64,000 bases of DNA from an uncultured Nitrospiraceae bacterium (GTDB taxonomy: Bacteria > Nitrospirota > UBA9217). Under the pieces are notes generated by a model, which was given only the letters and a program-made list of their open reading frames with translations, did not search any database and was not told the DNA's origin. Position 1 is the first letter of the stretch; each line of letters starts with the position of its first letter. Shown here in pieces: positions 11,166-21,865 of the stretch. The DNA lies in assembly GCA_964447405.1 (NCBI GenBank), contig CAYUSP010000009.1, positions 5,815-69,814 of the forward strand, in the 5' to 3' direction. A program made the position numbers and the translations under genes.

Positions 11166-12095
11166 ATGAACGCAGTCCAGACCGAAGTCCTGCTTCAGAC
11201 ACTCATCTCCGGCATCCTGCTCGGCGGCCTCTACGCGTTGATCGCACTCGGCATGACCATCATCATGGGCGTCATGAAGATCATCAACCTCGCGCACGGC
11301 GAGCTGATGATGGTCGGCATGTACATAGCCTATGTCCTGTTCGCGTGGCTCCATATCGACCCCTATCTCTCGATCCTCATCGCGGCGCCGGCGCTTTTCC
11401 TGCTGGGCGTTGCAATTCAGAAATACCTTATCAACCCGGTCCTTCGCGTCGAGGCCATCATTCCCGAGAACCAGGTGATCCTGACCGTAGGCATCGGCAT
11501 GGTGCTCGCGAACCTGGCGACTATCATTTTTCAGTCCGATTACCGCCAGACGCCTGTTTCCTACGGCACCAAGGCCTGGTATTTGCGAGACTATTGGAAG
11601 GACGCACCTGTGGATATTTCCCTGTCTCTACCCTGGACCGTATCCTTTACCGTGGCCCTGCTGATCACCGGCGGGCTCTGGTTCTTCCTTACCAAGACCG
11701 ATATGGGGAAGTCTATCCGTGCCACAGCGCAGGACCTGGACGCTGCACAGCTCATGGGCGTGAATGTTGAACGCATGCGTGTCATCACTTTCGGCCTGGG
11801 ATCGTCCCTCGTCGGAGCAGCCGGATGCCTCTTCATCCCGATCTACTATATCTACCCTGATATCGGTGGCCAGTTCACCCTGATCTCGTTCGTCATCACA
11901 ATCCTGGGGGGCCTGGGCTCGACAGTCGGCGCAATCCTCGGCGGCCTGATCCTGGGGCTCTTCGAGTCACTCACAGCCACCTACATCGGCATGGGCTGGG
12001 CGCCCGTCGGTCGGTTCGTCATCTTCGTCGCGGTGCTCATCTTCATTCCCGGCGGCGTGGCGTCGCTCATTAGGAGCAGAAAGTTGGGGAAGTGA
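11166..12095 (+). CDS. livH: branched-chain amino acid ABC transporter permease
   Basis: 309-aa polytopic membrane ORF with LivH-type motifs (LAHGELMMVGMY). Confidence 0.9.
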   Translation: MNAVQTEVLLQTLISGILLGGLYALIALGMTIIMGVMKIINLAHGELMMVGMYIAYVLFAWLHIDPYLSILIAAPALFLLGVAIQKYLINPVLRVEAIIPENQVILTVGIGMVLANLATIIFQSDYRQTPVSYGTKAWYLRDYWKDAPVDISLSLPWTVSFTVALLITGGLWFFLTKTDMGKSIRATAQDLDAAQLMGVNVERMRVITFGLGSSLVGAAGCLFIPIYYIYPDIGGQFTLISFVITILGGLGSTVGAILGGLILGLFESLTATYIGMGWAPVGRFVIFVAVLIFIPGGVASLIRSRKLGK

Positions 12096-12100
12096 AAGAA

Positions 12101-12218
12101 GTGTCGGAGTGTCAGAGTATCATGGTGTCAGAATAACGGAATGAAACTTCAATCAAGTGCTCCTTTACTCCTTTACTCCTTGACACTTTGACACGCTGAC
12201 ACTCTGATTCTTTGACGC
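12101..12218. repeat. compound inverted repeat built from GTGTCAGA-type words, plus a CTCCTTTA tandem
   Basis: GTGTCGGAGTGTCAGAGTATCATGGTGTCAGAA faces TTGACACTTTGACACGCTGACACTCTGA in the livH-livM spacer. CTCCTTTACTCCTTTACTCC lies in between. Confidence 0.8.
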
Positions 12219-12226
12219 ACTAAAGC

Positions 12227-13168
12227 ATGAAAAAATATCTCACCTACATAATTCTCACACTCCTCGCCCTCCTGCCTCTCCTGGGCCTGAGCAGCTACAT
12301 GATGCACATTTTGATCCTCGTCATCATGTGGTCCGTCATCGGCATGGCCTGGAATCTCCTCTCCGGCTACTGCGGCCAGGTATCGTTCGGCCACGCCGCC
12401 TTCTTCGGTGTCGGGGCCTACACTGCCGGCATGCTCTACACAAAACTCGGTATCTCAGCCTGGTGGGGCTTCCCGGCCAGCGTATTCGTAGTATCCCTCT
12501 TCGCCCTGGGAATCGGCTACATCTGCCTCAGGCTTCGTGGCCCCTACTTCGCCCTGGCCACGCTTTCCATGGGCGTGATCTTCCGCATTGTTGCGGAGAA
12601 CCTTGTCGGCGTCACCGGCGGCGACCTCGGCATCATGCTGCGGGAACGCACCTGGGTTGACAAGACCTGGTATTTCTATATCATCCTGGTCATTGCAGCG
12701 GCGACCTATTATCTGGTTCGCAAGGTCATCGAATCCAAACTCGGCTACTACTTCGTCGCCATCCGGGAGGACCAGGACGCGGCCGAATCCCTCGGGATCA
12801 ACACCACAAAATACAAGACCATCGCGCTCATCCTGAGCGCAGGTATTACCGGTTTTGCCGGGGTCTTTTACACCAACTATATGGGCTACATCGACCCCAA
12901 GGTCGTTTTCGCCCTCCATGACATCTCGATCATCGCCATCATGGTCGTGATGGTCGGCGGCGCGGCAACGTACTGGGGCCCGGTCGTAGGCGCCGGCATC
13001 ATGGTGCTCCTGGCTGAGATGATCCGCTCCATCCCCAAGCTCGGCACAGCGCACCACACCTTCTTCGGCATCCTGTTGATCGTCATCATCATCTTCCTGC
13101 CCAACGGCATCGTCGGAGATTTCGCGAAGATCCGGAAGCTCTTCGGTCCGCGGAGGGCTAAAGCATGA
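12227..13168 (+). CDS. livM: branched-chain amino acid ABC transporter permease
   Basis: 313-aa polytopic membrane ORF with [16 protein letters not shown] typical of LivM. Confidence 0.9.
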   Translation: MKKYLTYIILTLLALLPLLGLSSYMMHILILVIMWSVIGMAWNLLSGYCGQVSFGHAAFFGVGAYTAGMLYTKLGISAWWGFPASVFVVSLFALGIGYICLRLRGPYFALATLSMGVIFRIVAENLVGVTGGDLGIMLRERTWVDKTWYFYIILVIAAATYYLVRKVIESKLGYYFVAIREDQDAAESLGINTTKYKTIALILSAGITGFAGVFYTNYMGYIDPKVVFALHDISIIAIMVVMVGGAATYWGPVVGAGIMVLLAEMIRSIPKLGTAHHTFFGILLIVIIIFLPNGIVGDFAKIRKLFGPRRAKA

Positions 13169-13887
13169 GCCTCCTCGAGGTCAAGAAGGTCTCCCGCTTC
13201 TTCGGCGGCCTCGTGGCGGTTAAGGACGTCTCTTTCGAGGTCAAGAAGGGAGAGATCCTTGCCCTCATCGGCCCGAACGGCGCCGGCAAAACAACTCTTT
13301 TCAATGTGGTAAATGGCTTCTACGCGCCGTCGCGCGGCGAGGTCCTGTTCCGGGGTGAACGCATCTCCGGCCTCAAGCCTCACCAGATCTGCCAGCGCGG
13401 CATGGCGCGGACATTTCAGGTCGTGAAGCCCCTTCAGCGCATGTCAGTGCTCGACAATGTCATTGCTTCGGCGTTCCTGCGGGCGAAGAACAAATCGGAA
13501 GCGGAAGAGATCGCGGGCGAAGTGCTGGACTTTTCCGGCCTCTCCCCGGACCGCGACGTGATCTCGAAAGGCTTGCCCCTGGGAAAACGCAAGCGGCTTG
13601 AGATCGCGCGGGCGCTGGCTACGCAGCCCGAGCTGCTGCTCCTGGACGAGTCCTTCGCGGGGTTGAATCCCTCTGAGTTGGAAGAGTCCATCGGCATCAT
13701 CAGGAAGATCAAAGACCGCGGAATCACCATTATGATCATTGAGCATCATATCAAAGTCATTATGTCAATCTCGGACCGCATTGTAGTTCTGAACTACGGA
13801 GAAAAGATCGCGGAAGGCACTCCCGCTGAGACAGGGAGAAATCCCCTCGTGATAGAGGCCTATTTGGGAGAAGCGCCAGGTGCTTGA
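13165..13887 (+). CDS. livG: branched-chain amino acid ABC transporter ATP-binding protein
   Basis: Walker [10 protein letters not shown], Walker B LLLLDE and a 4-nt overlap with livM. Confidence 0.9.
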   Translation: MSLLEVKKVSRFFGGLVAVKDVSFEVKKGEILALIGPNGAGKTTLFNVVNGFYAPSRGEVLFRGERISGLKPHQICQRGMARTFQVVKPLQRMSVLDNVIASAFLRAKNKSEAEEIAGEVLDFSGLSPDRDVISKGLPLGKRKRLEIARALATQPELLLLDESFAGLNPSELEESIGIIRKIKDRGITIMIIEHHIKVIMSISDRIVVLNYGEKIAEGTPAETGRNPLVIEAYLGEAPGA

Positions 13888-14584
13888 GGTACGGAACATA
13901 GACGTGTCCTACGGTGATGTGCAGGTGATCTGGGACATTTCCTTTGATGTGCAGCAGGGCGAGGTGGTCGCGCTCATCGGGGCGAATGGCGCGGGAAAAT
14001 CCACGACGCTTAAGACCGTGTCAGGCCTTCTGCGGCCGCGGAAGGGATCGGTTTTATTCAATGGAGAGGACCTCGTACGTGTGGAAGCTTATCACCGGAT
14101 TGACCGCGGTATGGCACTCTGCCCCGAGGCTCGGCGGCTCTTCGTGGAAATGACCATTGAGGAGAACCTGGACATGGGTTCGATTCGCGGAGAGGCGAAG
14201 CAAAAGCGCGCTCAGACGAAGGAAATGGTCTTCGGGCTCTTCCCCCGCCTGAAAGAACGGCGGCGCCAGCTCGCCGGCACTCTGTCCGGCGGCGAGCAGC
14301 AGATGGTGGCCATCGGCCGAGGGCTCATGTCGCTCCCCAAACTTATGATGTTCGATGAACCGTCGCTGGGCCTTGCGCCCATCCTGGTGCGAGAGATCTT
14401 CGATGTGATCAAAAAGATCCGCCAGGAAGGCGCCACGGTTTTGATCGTGGAGCAGAATGTGAAGCAGACCCTCGCCATCGCGGACCGGGCCTATGTCCTC
14501 GAGCACGGGCAGGTGTCCATGCAGGGGAAAGGACAGGACCTGCTGAACGATCCGCATGTGCAGGCTGCGTATCTGGGAATGTAA
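13880..14584 (+). CDS. livF: branched-chain amino acid ABC transporter ATP-binding protein
   Basis: Walker A GANGAGKST, signature LSGGEQQM and Walker B MMFDEPS. GTG start overlaps the livG end. Confidence 0.9.
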   Translation: MLEVRNIDVSYGDVQVIWDISFDVQQGEVVALIGANGAGKSTTLKTVSGLLRPRKGSVLFNGEDLVRVEAYHRIDRGMALCPEARRLFVEMTIEENLDMGSIRGEAKQKRAQTKEMVFGLFPRLKERRRQLAGTLSGGEQQMVAIGRGLMSLPKLMMFDEPSLGLAPILVREIFDVIKKIRQEGATVLIVEQNVKQTLAIADRAYVLEHGQVSMQGKGQDLLNDPHVQAAYLGM

Positions 14585-14597
14585 TGAATCAGGCACA

Positions 14598-14660
14598 GGG
14601 GTCAAGCAGCATGGCTTGATGAATTCCTTGCCCCATGCTACTTGCTCCATGCTACATGCT
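14598..14660. repeat. compound inverted repeat of the CATGCTAC word family
   Basis: CAAGCAGCATGG faces CCATGCTACTTG and is followed by CCATGCTACATGC. The same words recur in the hemE-hemH spacer (61261-61365). Confidence 0.65.
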
Positions 14661-14680
14661 TCTTCACCGGAGGTTACGCC

Positions 14681-15325
14681 ATGTTCGTATCAGACTGGAT
14701 GACCAAAAAGGTATATACCGAGGATGCGGATAACTATCTGTCGGATGCCATTGCTGTGATGAAGGAAAAGAACATCAAGCACCTGCCTATTGTCAAAGGC
14801 GACAGGGTGAAAGGGATCCTATCCGACCGCGACATCAAGGAGTACAGCCCGTCCAAGGCTTCGGCCCTCGACATCTATGAATTGCACTACCTGCTTGCCA
14901 AAACGAAAATCAAGGACGTGATGAGAACAAAGGTGATCACGACCTCGTCCGATACACCCATTGAAGAAGCTGCCATGGTCATGCTGGACAAAAGCCTCGG
15001 ATGCCTCCCGGTGCTGGATGATAATTGTCTCTGCGGCATCATCTCGGATAAGGACATCTTCCGCGCGCTGGTGGACATCACGGGTGCACGGCACGGCGGT
15101 AATCGCATCTGTGTCACGATCGAGGACCGACCTGGATCCATCCGGGAGGTAGCCGACATCATCCGGAAACATGACTACCGGCTTCAGGGAGTGCTTACGT
15201 CGTATGAAGGCATGAAACAGGGATACCGCAGGGTGGTTATCCGGACTTCGGGAAAAGGCAATTTCACTGGATTGAAGTCCGATATCGAGAAAACATATCG
15301 AGTTTGCAGCATCATTAAGGGTTAA
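14681..15325 (+). CDS. CBS-pair plus ACT domain protein (AcuB-like)
   Basis: Two CBS motifs and a C-terminal ACT-like segment. ATG 14681 has GGAGG 8 nt upstream. Confidence 0.75.
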   Translation: MFVSDWMTKKVYTEDADNYLSDAIAVMKEKNIKHLPIVKGDRVKGILSDRDIKEYSPSKASALDIYELHYLLAKTKIKDVMRTKVITTSSDTPIEEAAMVMLDKSLGCLPVLDDNCLCGIISDKDIFRALVDITGARHGGNRICVTIEDRPGSIREVADIIRKHDYRLQGVLTSYEGMKQGYRRVVIRTSGKGNFTGLKSDIEKTYRVCSIIKG

Positions 15326-15361
15326 CAGGGTTTCGTTCTCAGCGGAACATCCTGCCCTGCC

Positions 15362-15889
15362 GATCAAGGGGAGGGTCTTTCACCACAGGTTGCCCTTGTT
15401 GCATGGTTTCTCTCTTCCTGATCACTTCGAAGTTGCAAATGATCACATCAGGTTCGCCCGCGTTGTCCCGCATGAGCCCTTCCTTTGAATCAACTGCCAG
15501 AAGAGCGTCACTCAGCTTGAGCAGCGATCCGTCATATCCCGCAACCGCGCGATCGTGTTTCCCGGATGCCTGGCGGCCTGTGCCTCATCCATGATGTCTT
15601 ACACTCTGCCTTTGCCAGTTCCTTTGGCGTGTAGAGAGCGTCCTCAGACTGCGACACCCGCTCATCAGGACCGTTGTAAAAGTCGCGAATCGATAGGTAG
15701 TTGTGGTCCTTCCTCTCCCGGGACCAGGTTGCCGTCATTGTCCACCGAATGGCCAAGCAAAGGTGTCTTCAGCCAGCGCTCGGGAAGAAAATAATCGATC
15801 ATACGCGCGTTGATGGTCGCGACTGTCAGTTTGGCACGAGTTCGCAATGCTCGTGAGAAAACTCATTCAGATAATCGGCCAGGATAGGA
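15362..15889 (-). pseudogene. possible decayed gene of unknown family, with coding-like fragments in several frames
   Basis: The minus strand gives consecutive fragments: PILADYLNEFSHEH, KLTVATINARMIDYFLPERWLKTPLLGH, RKDHNYLSIRDFYNGPDERVSQSEDALYTPKELAKAE and LSDALLAVDSKEGLMRDNAGEPDVIICNFEV. They are separated by frame changes and stops. I could not recognise a family. Confidence 0.3.
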
Positions 15890-15890
15890 T

Positions 15891-17678
15891 CTACCCCAGC
15901 CTCTTCCGCATTTCCGCGAACTGACTCCTGAGTCGGTTCGGCAGACGATTGCCGAAGATGGCGAAGTGCTTTTCGATATCCGGCATCTCCGCCTTCCATT
16001 CCGCAAGATCAACCTTAATCAGCGCCTTCACATTCGCTGATGGGATGTCGAGGCCGGAGAGGTCGAGGTCACCATCTTTCGGCATGAGGCCGATGGGCGT
16101 TTCTTGTGCTCCCTTTTTGCCGTCCACACGCTCACACATCCATTTGAGCACGCGGCTGTTGTCGCTGAATCCGGGCCACAGAAACCTGCCTTCCGCACTC
16201 TTTCGGAACCAGTTCACATAAAAGATCCTCGGTGCTTGTGAGCCCAACCGGTCGCCCATGGCGAGCCAGTGCTGAAAGTAGTCACCCATGTGATAGCCGC
16301 AGAACGGCTTCATGGCAAAAGGATCGCGCCTGAGATTTCCGACTGCGCCGATATTTGCGGACGTGGTCTCCGATGCTGCGGTTGCACCGAGGAACACACC
16401 ATGGTCCCAGGAATAGGCCTCGTACACGAGCGGAACCACGCTGCTCCGGCGGCCGCCGAAGATGAATATGTCGATGGGCACTCCTTCCGGATTCTCCCAA
16501 TCCGGGCAGATGACCGGGCACTGCCTTGCTGGTACGGTGAAGCGCGCGTTCGGATGGGCGGCATCATCCTTGCTCGCCGGCAGCCAGTCGCGGCCCTTCC
16601 AATCGATGACATGCGCGGGTGCGTCTTCGGTCATCCCCTCCCACCAGATATCGCCGTCGTCTGTCAGTGCGCAGTTCGTGAATATGACGTTCTCCCTCAG
16701 CGTATCCATGGCCATGGGATTGGTATCATACGACGTGCCGGGAGCAACGCCGAAAAAACCCGCCTCGGGATTGATGGCATGGAGCCTGCCGTCGCTGTGG
16801 ATCTTCATCCAGGCGATGTCGTCACCGATGCACTCGCATTTCCAACCTTGCAGGGATGGCCGCATCATGGCAAGGTTCGTCTTTCCGCATGCGGAAGGAA
16901 ATGCGGCGGCCAGGTGATAGCGCCTGCCTTCCGGATTGGTCAGACGCAGGATCAGCATATGCTCCGCCATCCAGCCTTCTTTCCGGGCCATGTTCGATGC
17001 AATGCGCAGGGCCAGGCATTTCTTGCCAAGCAGGGCGTTTCCTCCATACCCCGATCCATAGGACCATATGAGGTTTTCTTCGGGGAAATGACTGATGTAT
17101 TTTTCCTCAATGGGCGCGCTGGGCCATGGGACGTCCTTCTGCCCCGGTGCCAGGGGAGCGCCGATGGAATGCAGGCAGGGGATGAACTCGCCTTTTGCAC
17201 CGAGTACGTCGAGCACCCTGGACCCGATACGGGTCATGATGTGCATATTGCAGACAACATAGGGGCTGTCGGTCAGCTCGACCCCGATCTTCGAAATGGA
17301 CGATCCGATCGGCCCCATGGAGAAGGGGATGACGTACATCGTGCGGCCCTTCATGCAGCCCTGGTACATTCCCCGCATGGCCTTTTTAAGTTCATCCGCC
17401 TGCATCCAGTTGTTCGTGGGACCCGCCTCTTCCGGCAACGTTGTGCTGATATAAGTGCGATCCTCCACACGTGCTACGTCGCTGGGATCGGTTCGAAACA
17501 GATAGCTGTTCGCGCGTTTTGCAAGCCGGATCGCCATACCGCGCTCCCGCATACGCTCCATCAATGCATCGTATTCCTTTTTCGACCCATCGCACCAGGT
17601 TATGGCGTCAGGCCTGCACAGTTCAGCGACTTCACGCACCCAGCTGTTCAGCCTTTCATTATTCGAACCACTCTGCAT
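15891..17678 (-). CDS. pckG: phosphoenolpyruvate carboxykinase (GTP)
   Basis: Full-length similarity to GTP-PEPCK (FPSACGKTN kinase-1a motif, WMKIH...). ATG 17678 with GGAGAA upstream is preferred to the track start 17723. Confidence 0.95.
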   Translation of the reverse strand: MQSGSNNERLNSWVREVAELCRPDAITWCDGSKKEYDALMERMRERGMAIRLAKRANSYLFRTDPSDVARVEDRTYISTTLPEEAGPTNNWMQADELKKAMRGMYQGCMKGRTMYVIPFSMGPIGSSISKIGVELTDSPYVVCNMHIMTRIGSRVLDVLGAKGEFIPCLHSIGAPLAPGQKDVPWPSAPIEEKYISHFPEENLIWSYGSGYGGNALLGKKCLALRIASNMARKEGWMAEHMLILRLTNPEGRRYHLAAAFPSACGKTNLAMMRPSLQGWKCECIGDDIAWMKIHSDGRLHAINPEAGFFGVAPGTSYDTNPMAMDTLRENVIFTNCALTDDGDIWWEGMTEDAPAHVIDWKGRDWLPASKDDAAHPNARFTVPARQCPVICPDWENPEGVPIDIFIFGGRRSSVVPLVYEAYSWDHGVFLGATAASETTSANIGAVGNLRRDPFAMKPFCGYHMGDYFQHWLAMGDRLGSQAPRIFYVNWFRKSAEGRFLWPGFSDNSRVLKWMCERVDGKKGAQETPIGLMPKDGDLDLSGLDIPSANVKALIKVDLAEWKAEMPDIEKHFAIFGNRLPNRLRSQFAEMRKRLG

Positions 17679-17736
17679 GATTGATTCTCCCCCCCCGCTT
17701 CTCTGGTCGCATTCACGGGACACATGGTGAGCCCGG

Positions 17737-17772
17737 CAAAAGAAAAGCCCCGTGCGTTTGCGCGGGGCTTTC
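17737..17772 (-). terminator. rho-independent terminator after the secreted-protein gene
   Basis: On the minus strand the stem GCCCCG/CGGGGC is followed by TTTTCTTTTG. Confidence 0.6.
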
Positions 17773-17797
17773 GTAACTCGTCCACAAAAGGCTGCGG

Positions 17798-18577
17798 TTA
17801 AGGCATGATGCTTGCTTTTTCCATAATCACCTCGTATTTATATCCCGCCCCGAAATCCTTGTCCTTTGATATAATCCCCTTCATGGTTACCACTTCACCC
17901 ACCACAGGCAGGTCATCGGTCGTCACCACGAGGTTGTGCGTGTTCTTCTTCTGATCTCCGGTGCCGTCCTGGAGATGGACCCAGTTTGCTTTCATGATCC
18001 CTTCAGATACCTTGACAACTTTGCCTTTCACAATCACGATCTTTTTGTTCAAAGCGGACCGCTTGGCATATACATCGCCCACGGTATAGGCGTCAATTCC
18101 GGCAGCCTTTTCCACCTTGATGTCCTTCTGTCCGGCAGTGGCTGCCGCCTTGCTGCCGGTGGCCTTCTTGCCGGTGTCCGAATGCCCGGAAGGGAGTCCA
18201 CTCGCACTTTTTGGCGTTGCCGGTCCACCCGAGAAAATGATCGATTCAAAGGTCTTGTTCAACGATTTGCTCTTGAAGTTCGGCATCTCCTGACCGGGCA
18301 TGAATGAAATCTCCTGCCCAACCGCCACCTTCATCTCTGGAACCGCCACCCAGGTTTTTTTCCCTGCTTTCTCAATTTGAACGTAGGTGTAGCCCCCCGC
18401 GTCCATTGTTTCCACTACTTTACCCGACAGAGAGGAGTCCTGCGCGGCCTTGCTCTTTTCCGGTGGTGATGCCAGGGCGGATTTTTCTTTTTGCTGCGCT
18501 GCCAAGGCATTATGGCCGGACGCTGCCGGCATACAGAAGAATGCGCAGACTGTTGCAAACAGAACAATTCGTTTCAT
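17798..18577 (-). CDS. secreted protein with two related beta-rich modules, function unknown
   Basis: Signal peptide [21 protein letters not shown] after ATG 18577 (RBS AGGAG). The modules are [18 protein letters not shown]... and [21 protein letters not shown].... Confidence 0.6.
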   Translation of the reverse strand: MKRIVLFATVCAFFCMPAASGHNALAAQQKEKSALASPPEKSKAAQDSSLSGKVVETMDAGGYTYVQIEKAGKKTWVAVPEMKVAVGQEISFMPGQEMPNFKSKSLNKTFESIIFSGGPATPKSASGLPSGHSDTGKKATGSKAAATAGQKDIKVEKAAGIDAYTVGDVYAKRSALNKKIVIVKGKVVKVSEGIMKANWVHLQDGTGDQKKNTHNLVVTTDDLPVVGEVVTMKGIISKDKDFGAGYKYEVIMEKASIMP

Positions 18578-18689
18578 ATGTGAACTCCTGAATGGATTAT
18601 TTGGATCAAGCCGATACGGCTGAACCATGCGCTGCCTGTTGTTGAACGTACGGAGTTTACTGCTTTTCTGGCAAATAATCAAGCGGGTT

Positions 18690-19823
18690 TTAGGCTGATT
18701 TGTAGAAAAGCTGGTGCGCTATGCCGCGGCTTACCAGGTAACCGACGACCTCCGCGGGTTTGAAAAACAAGCGGAGCTTCCAGGCGTTCTTCCGGGTTTT
18801 GCCGAACACCCGAGCATCGAGGCTTTCGATCAAATGCAGGATCTCATCCCGTTCCTCATCGGTAAAGTCGAACTGTTTCGCTTTTCTCGCCTCTGCCGGC
18901 GTCATGTTCCCGATCAGACGGTTTACGATGCGCTCAGCAGCGGCATAGTACGGCCGTCCGGCCGGCATATCGAAAAAGCGCGTAACGTTCAGCAGGTGGT
19001 TCGAAATCTCCCTGACGTCAGGCAGGTCGCCGACATGCTCAAGGTTTATGCCCAGCTTTTCCGTACAAAGCGCAATGAGGTTTTTGACCAGAATATTTGT
19101 TTGACCTTCCGGCGCGCGATTGATAATAAGCGCAGGCGTGAAGGACGCCTCGATCTCGTCGATGAGCGGCAGCAGGTCAGGCGCGGTGTCCTTGAGGCGA
19201 TCCGAGAACCACTCCAGAGTAAAGCGTTTTTCGTTTTCCGGGTACTTCGACTCGGATTCGATCATTGCGGCGATTTCATCGTGCTGCTTGAAGATGTGCT
19301 GCATTTTCCTGAACAGGGCGCCTTTGATGAAGCTGTAGGCGTTCATTACCGCGCCGGGTTCGGGTGCGGTGATGACGATACCATGGTCGGATATACCGAA
19401 AAAATCCAGGGTGTTGAACTGGACACCGGCTCCCAGATCGATGATTACATAATCCGCGGGAAGGGAGCGCAGATGCCTCATCAGTTTGAGCTTCATCCAG
19501 TGCGTCGGGTTGGTCACGCCGGGGGAAAATTCCGCACCGCTGATCAACCCCAGGTTCGGCACCGGGGTTTCGATGAGAACGTTTTCGAGCGAGGGGACCT
19601 TTCCGAGAATGAAGTCGGTGATGCCGGGAGTACGGCCGAGAATCCCGAGATAGGTATGCAGGTTTGCTGCGCCGAGGTCGAGGTCCGCAAGCACGACGCT
19701 GCTTCCGCTCCTTGCAAGGACCGTCCCAAGGGCGATGGACAGGATGCTCTTGCCCACCCCCCCCTTGCCGCCGCCGACAGCGATGATGGTGCCTGCTTTC
19801 TGTTTTGATTGCATACGCATCAC
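18690..19823 (-). CDS. MinD/ParA-family P-loop ATPase with a C-terminal extension
   Basis: Deviant Walker A GGGKGGVGKS and ParA-type DLGAG. Confidence 0.75.
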   Translation of the reverse strand: MMRMQSKQKAGTIIAVGGGKGGVGKSILSIALGTVLARSGSSVVLADLDLGAANLHTYLGILGRTPGITDFILGKVPSLENVLIETPVPNLGLISGAEFSPGVTNPTHWMKLKLMRHLRSLPADYVIIDLGAGVQFNTLDFFGISDHGIVITAPEPGAVMNAYSFIKGALFRKMQHIFKQHDEIAAMIESESKYPENEKRFTLEWFSDRLKDTAPDLLPLIDEIEASFTPALIINRAPEGQTNILVKNLIALCTEKLGINLEHVGDLPDVREISNHLLNVTRFFDMPAGRPYYAAAERIVNRLIGNMTPAEARKAKQFDFTDEERDEILHLIESLDARVFGKTRKNAWKLRLFFKPAEVVGYLVSRGIAHQLFYKSA

Positions 19824-19881
19824 TGTAACAGTTTTTCAGGCGGGTGTAAAGGATATGCTTTTTGCCGAATGCCGCTGCATG

Positions 19882-21186
19882 TCATTTGACCGCAGTTCTA
19901 ATCCTGGAGTCTCCTGTTATGAAGTACTTATTCAGCATCGTGTCCAGCGTCTTCTCCAGATACTGCTCATCCATCGCAAAAATGTCCTGGTACAAATCGG
20001 GCGCAATTCGCAAAAAAACGTCGAGCACATCGGGATCGAACTTCTTGCCCCGGTCCTCCAGCATCATGTGCTGAGCTATTGCAAGTGAAGATGGCTCTTT
20101 ATACGGTCGTTTTGCCGTCAATGCATCAAAAACATCCACGATGGCAAAGACCCGGGCCGCCACGGGAATGCTCTTGCCCGCAAGCCCCGACGGATAGCCG
20201 GTGCCGTCAAATTTCTCATGATGGTAACGAACAACATCCAGCGCATCCGTGAGCCAGGCATAGCGGGCAATGATATCGATGCCGTGCTGCACGTGGGTAG
20301 CCATGACTCTCGTCTCCTCATCATCAAGCCCCGAAGGTTTCAAGAGGATAGCATCGGTAATGCCGATTTTGCCGACATCGTGCAGGAATGCTCCCTTGAT
20401 GAGGCCGCTGATGCGCTCCTTTTTCATGCCTACCGCTTCGGCCAGCCGTATCGCATAGAGGGTTACTCTGAATATATGCAAATTCGTGTCCTGGTCGCGT
20501 TTCGATACCGCTCTGCCGAGGACCTCCAGCATGCCGATGTTCGCCTCGGTAAGGTCATCCGATAGTTTGATTGCATCCCGGTTCAAGGCAATGATGACGG
20601 GATACAGCGCGCCGGTCGTAATGAAAACGATCAGGATCACCTGCAGGACGGTCCAGAGGAGGCGATATTTCAAATTGCCGATGGTCTTGGGATCAACGCG
20701 GTAGATGCCTTCGAAATACGCGGCAGTTTCGTCTGTGGCCACTTTGAGGGGCGTGAAAATCTGCACATAGAGCGTTCCACCGACAAAGAATTTTTTGTGG
20801 ACCACTTGCTCCGTCAGCATGAAGTCGTGTTTTTGTCTGTCTATATGCTTCTCGATGTGTTCGAATTCCGGGTCGGACACCTCCAGCACTTTTTTTCTGG
20901 CCCTGTCGTACATTTCGATAACCACGAAATGCCCCCTGATCACATGCTCCGCGAGAATATGATGTTTTACCTGCTCGATCAGCCGTACGCTTTCTTCCTT
21001 GTCCTTGACAGAGAAAAAACCGATATGCTCCATCAAGCCATGAGCCTCCTCCAGCGCAAGGGAAACGACTTGATCATCGACCTCCTTCAACTCGAACAGC
21101 AAAACCGTGATGCCGGTCAACACTGCCGTCAAGAAGGAGGCCAGCAGAAGGCGTTGGATCATTTTTTTACGCAATACGATATTCAT
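19882..21186 (-). CDS. membrane-anchored HD-GYP domain protein (putative c-di-GMP phosphodiesterase)
   Basis: Two TM segments flank a periplasmic region. The C-terminal domain carries HDVGKIGI and HHEKFDGTGYP. Confidence 0.85.
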   Translation of the reverse strand: MNIVLRKKMIQRLLLASFLTAVLTGITVLLFELKEVDDQVVSLALEEAHGLMEHIGFFSVKDKEESVRLIEQVKHHILAEHVIRGHFVVIEMYDRARKKVLEVSDPEFEHIEKHIDRQKHDFMLTEQVVHKKFFVGGTLYVQIFTPLKVATDETAAYFEGIYRVDPKTIGNLKYRLLWTVLQVILIVFITTGALYPVIIALNRDAIKLSDDLTEANIGMLEVLGRAVSKRDQDTNLHIFRVTLYAIRLAEAVGMKKERISGLIKGAFLHDVGKIGITDAILLKPSGLDDEETRVMATHVQHGIDIIARYAWLTDALDVVRYHHEKFDGTGYPSGLAGKSIPVAARVFAIVDVFDALTAKRPYKEPSSLAIAQHMMLEDRGKKFDPDVLDVFLRIAPDLYQDIFAMDEQYLEKTLDTMLNKYFITGDSRIRTAVK

Positions 21187-21284
21187 ATGATGAACGCAAT
21201 CCTCTTCAGAATGACGCGCGCCAGCGAATGATGGAATGGATCAGGCCAGAACAGAAAGGCTGCAGCGGGGTCATGCTAAAAAAC

Positions 21285-21313
21285 ACTTTAGCAGGTTTAC
21301 TGAATACTGTAAA
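21285..21313 (-). promoter_or_regulatory. candidate sigma-70 promoter for the HD-GYP gene
   Basis: The minus strand reads TTTACA, 17 nt, then TGcTAAAGT (an extended -10). Confidence 0.4.
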
Positions 21314-21334
21314 GCTCCGCCGCGTGCAGCATGA

Positions 21335-21742
21335 TCACTGCACGCCACGGCTGTTTAGATAGGGACCGAACTTTTTATCTTCCTCGAGGATGTGCTCACT
21401 CAGCCAATTGCTCAGGAATTTCAGAACATCGATGGTGAGCATCCAATTCCCGCCTTCAAACTCCTCTTTCAGCTTTTTTGCCCGGGCTGTAAGGTCGTCA
21501 TGCTGCCTTTTGTGCTCCTCATAACCGGAATACGCATGCTGCTGGAACAGTTGTTCCTCAGTGGCAAAATGGTATACCGTGTAGTCGACAAGAGCCGTCA
21601 GCACCTTGCCCAGTACATCCGACCCTTTCCCCATGCTCATTGCATCCGCCAGCTCGTTCAGGATGTTGATCAGCTTCTTATGCTGTCCATCGACTTCGGC
21701 TATATTGACGGAATACCGCTCGCTCCACTGAATCAGATCCAT
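21335..21742 (-). CDS. bacteriohemerythrin
   Basis: The N-terminus WSERYSVNIAEVDGQHKKLI and the His/Glu ligand pattern are typical of hemerythrin-like metal-binding proteins. Confidence 0.9.
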   Translation of the reverse strand: MDLIQWSERYSVNIAEVDGQHKKLINILNELADAMSMGKGSDVLGKVLTALVDYTVYHFATEEQLFQQHAYSGYEEHKRQHDDLTARAKKLKEEFEGGNWMLTIDVLKFLSNWLSEHILEEDKKFGPYLNSRGVQ

Positions 21743-21865
21743 GGGTATGCCTCCTTACCTTGCGCGGGAACCGCTGATTGTCGCTTATCAATGCTACTAC
21801 TATAGCAGGTTTCTGGCGGGGGGCGGATGGTTTGGCTTTAGGTGCGTGCGGCAGTTAGCCGGAGC

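Noticed and set aside
16269-17684. 471-aa plus-strand ORF antisense to pckG. Similar long shadow ORFs occur at 18714-19808, 23336-24733, 26767-27927, 30621-31910, 33878-35296, 46194-47474, 55376-56710 and 56759-58405.
   Set aside because: Each lies opposite a gene with clear family motifs. Their translations are Arg/Ala/Gly/His-rich with no recognisable domains, as expected for stop-poor antisense frames in GC-rich DNA.
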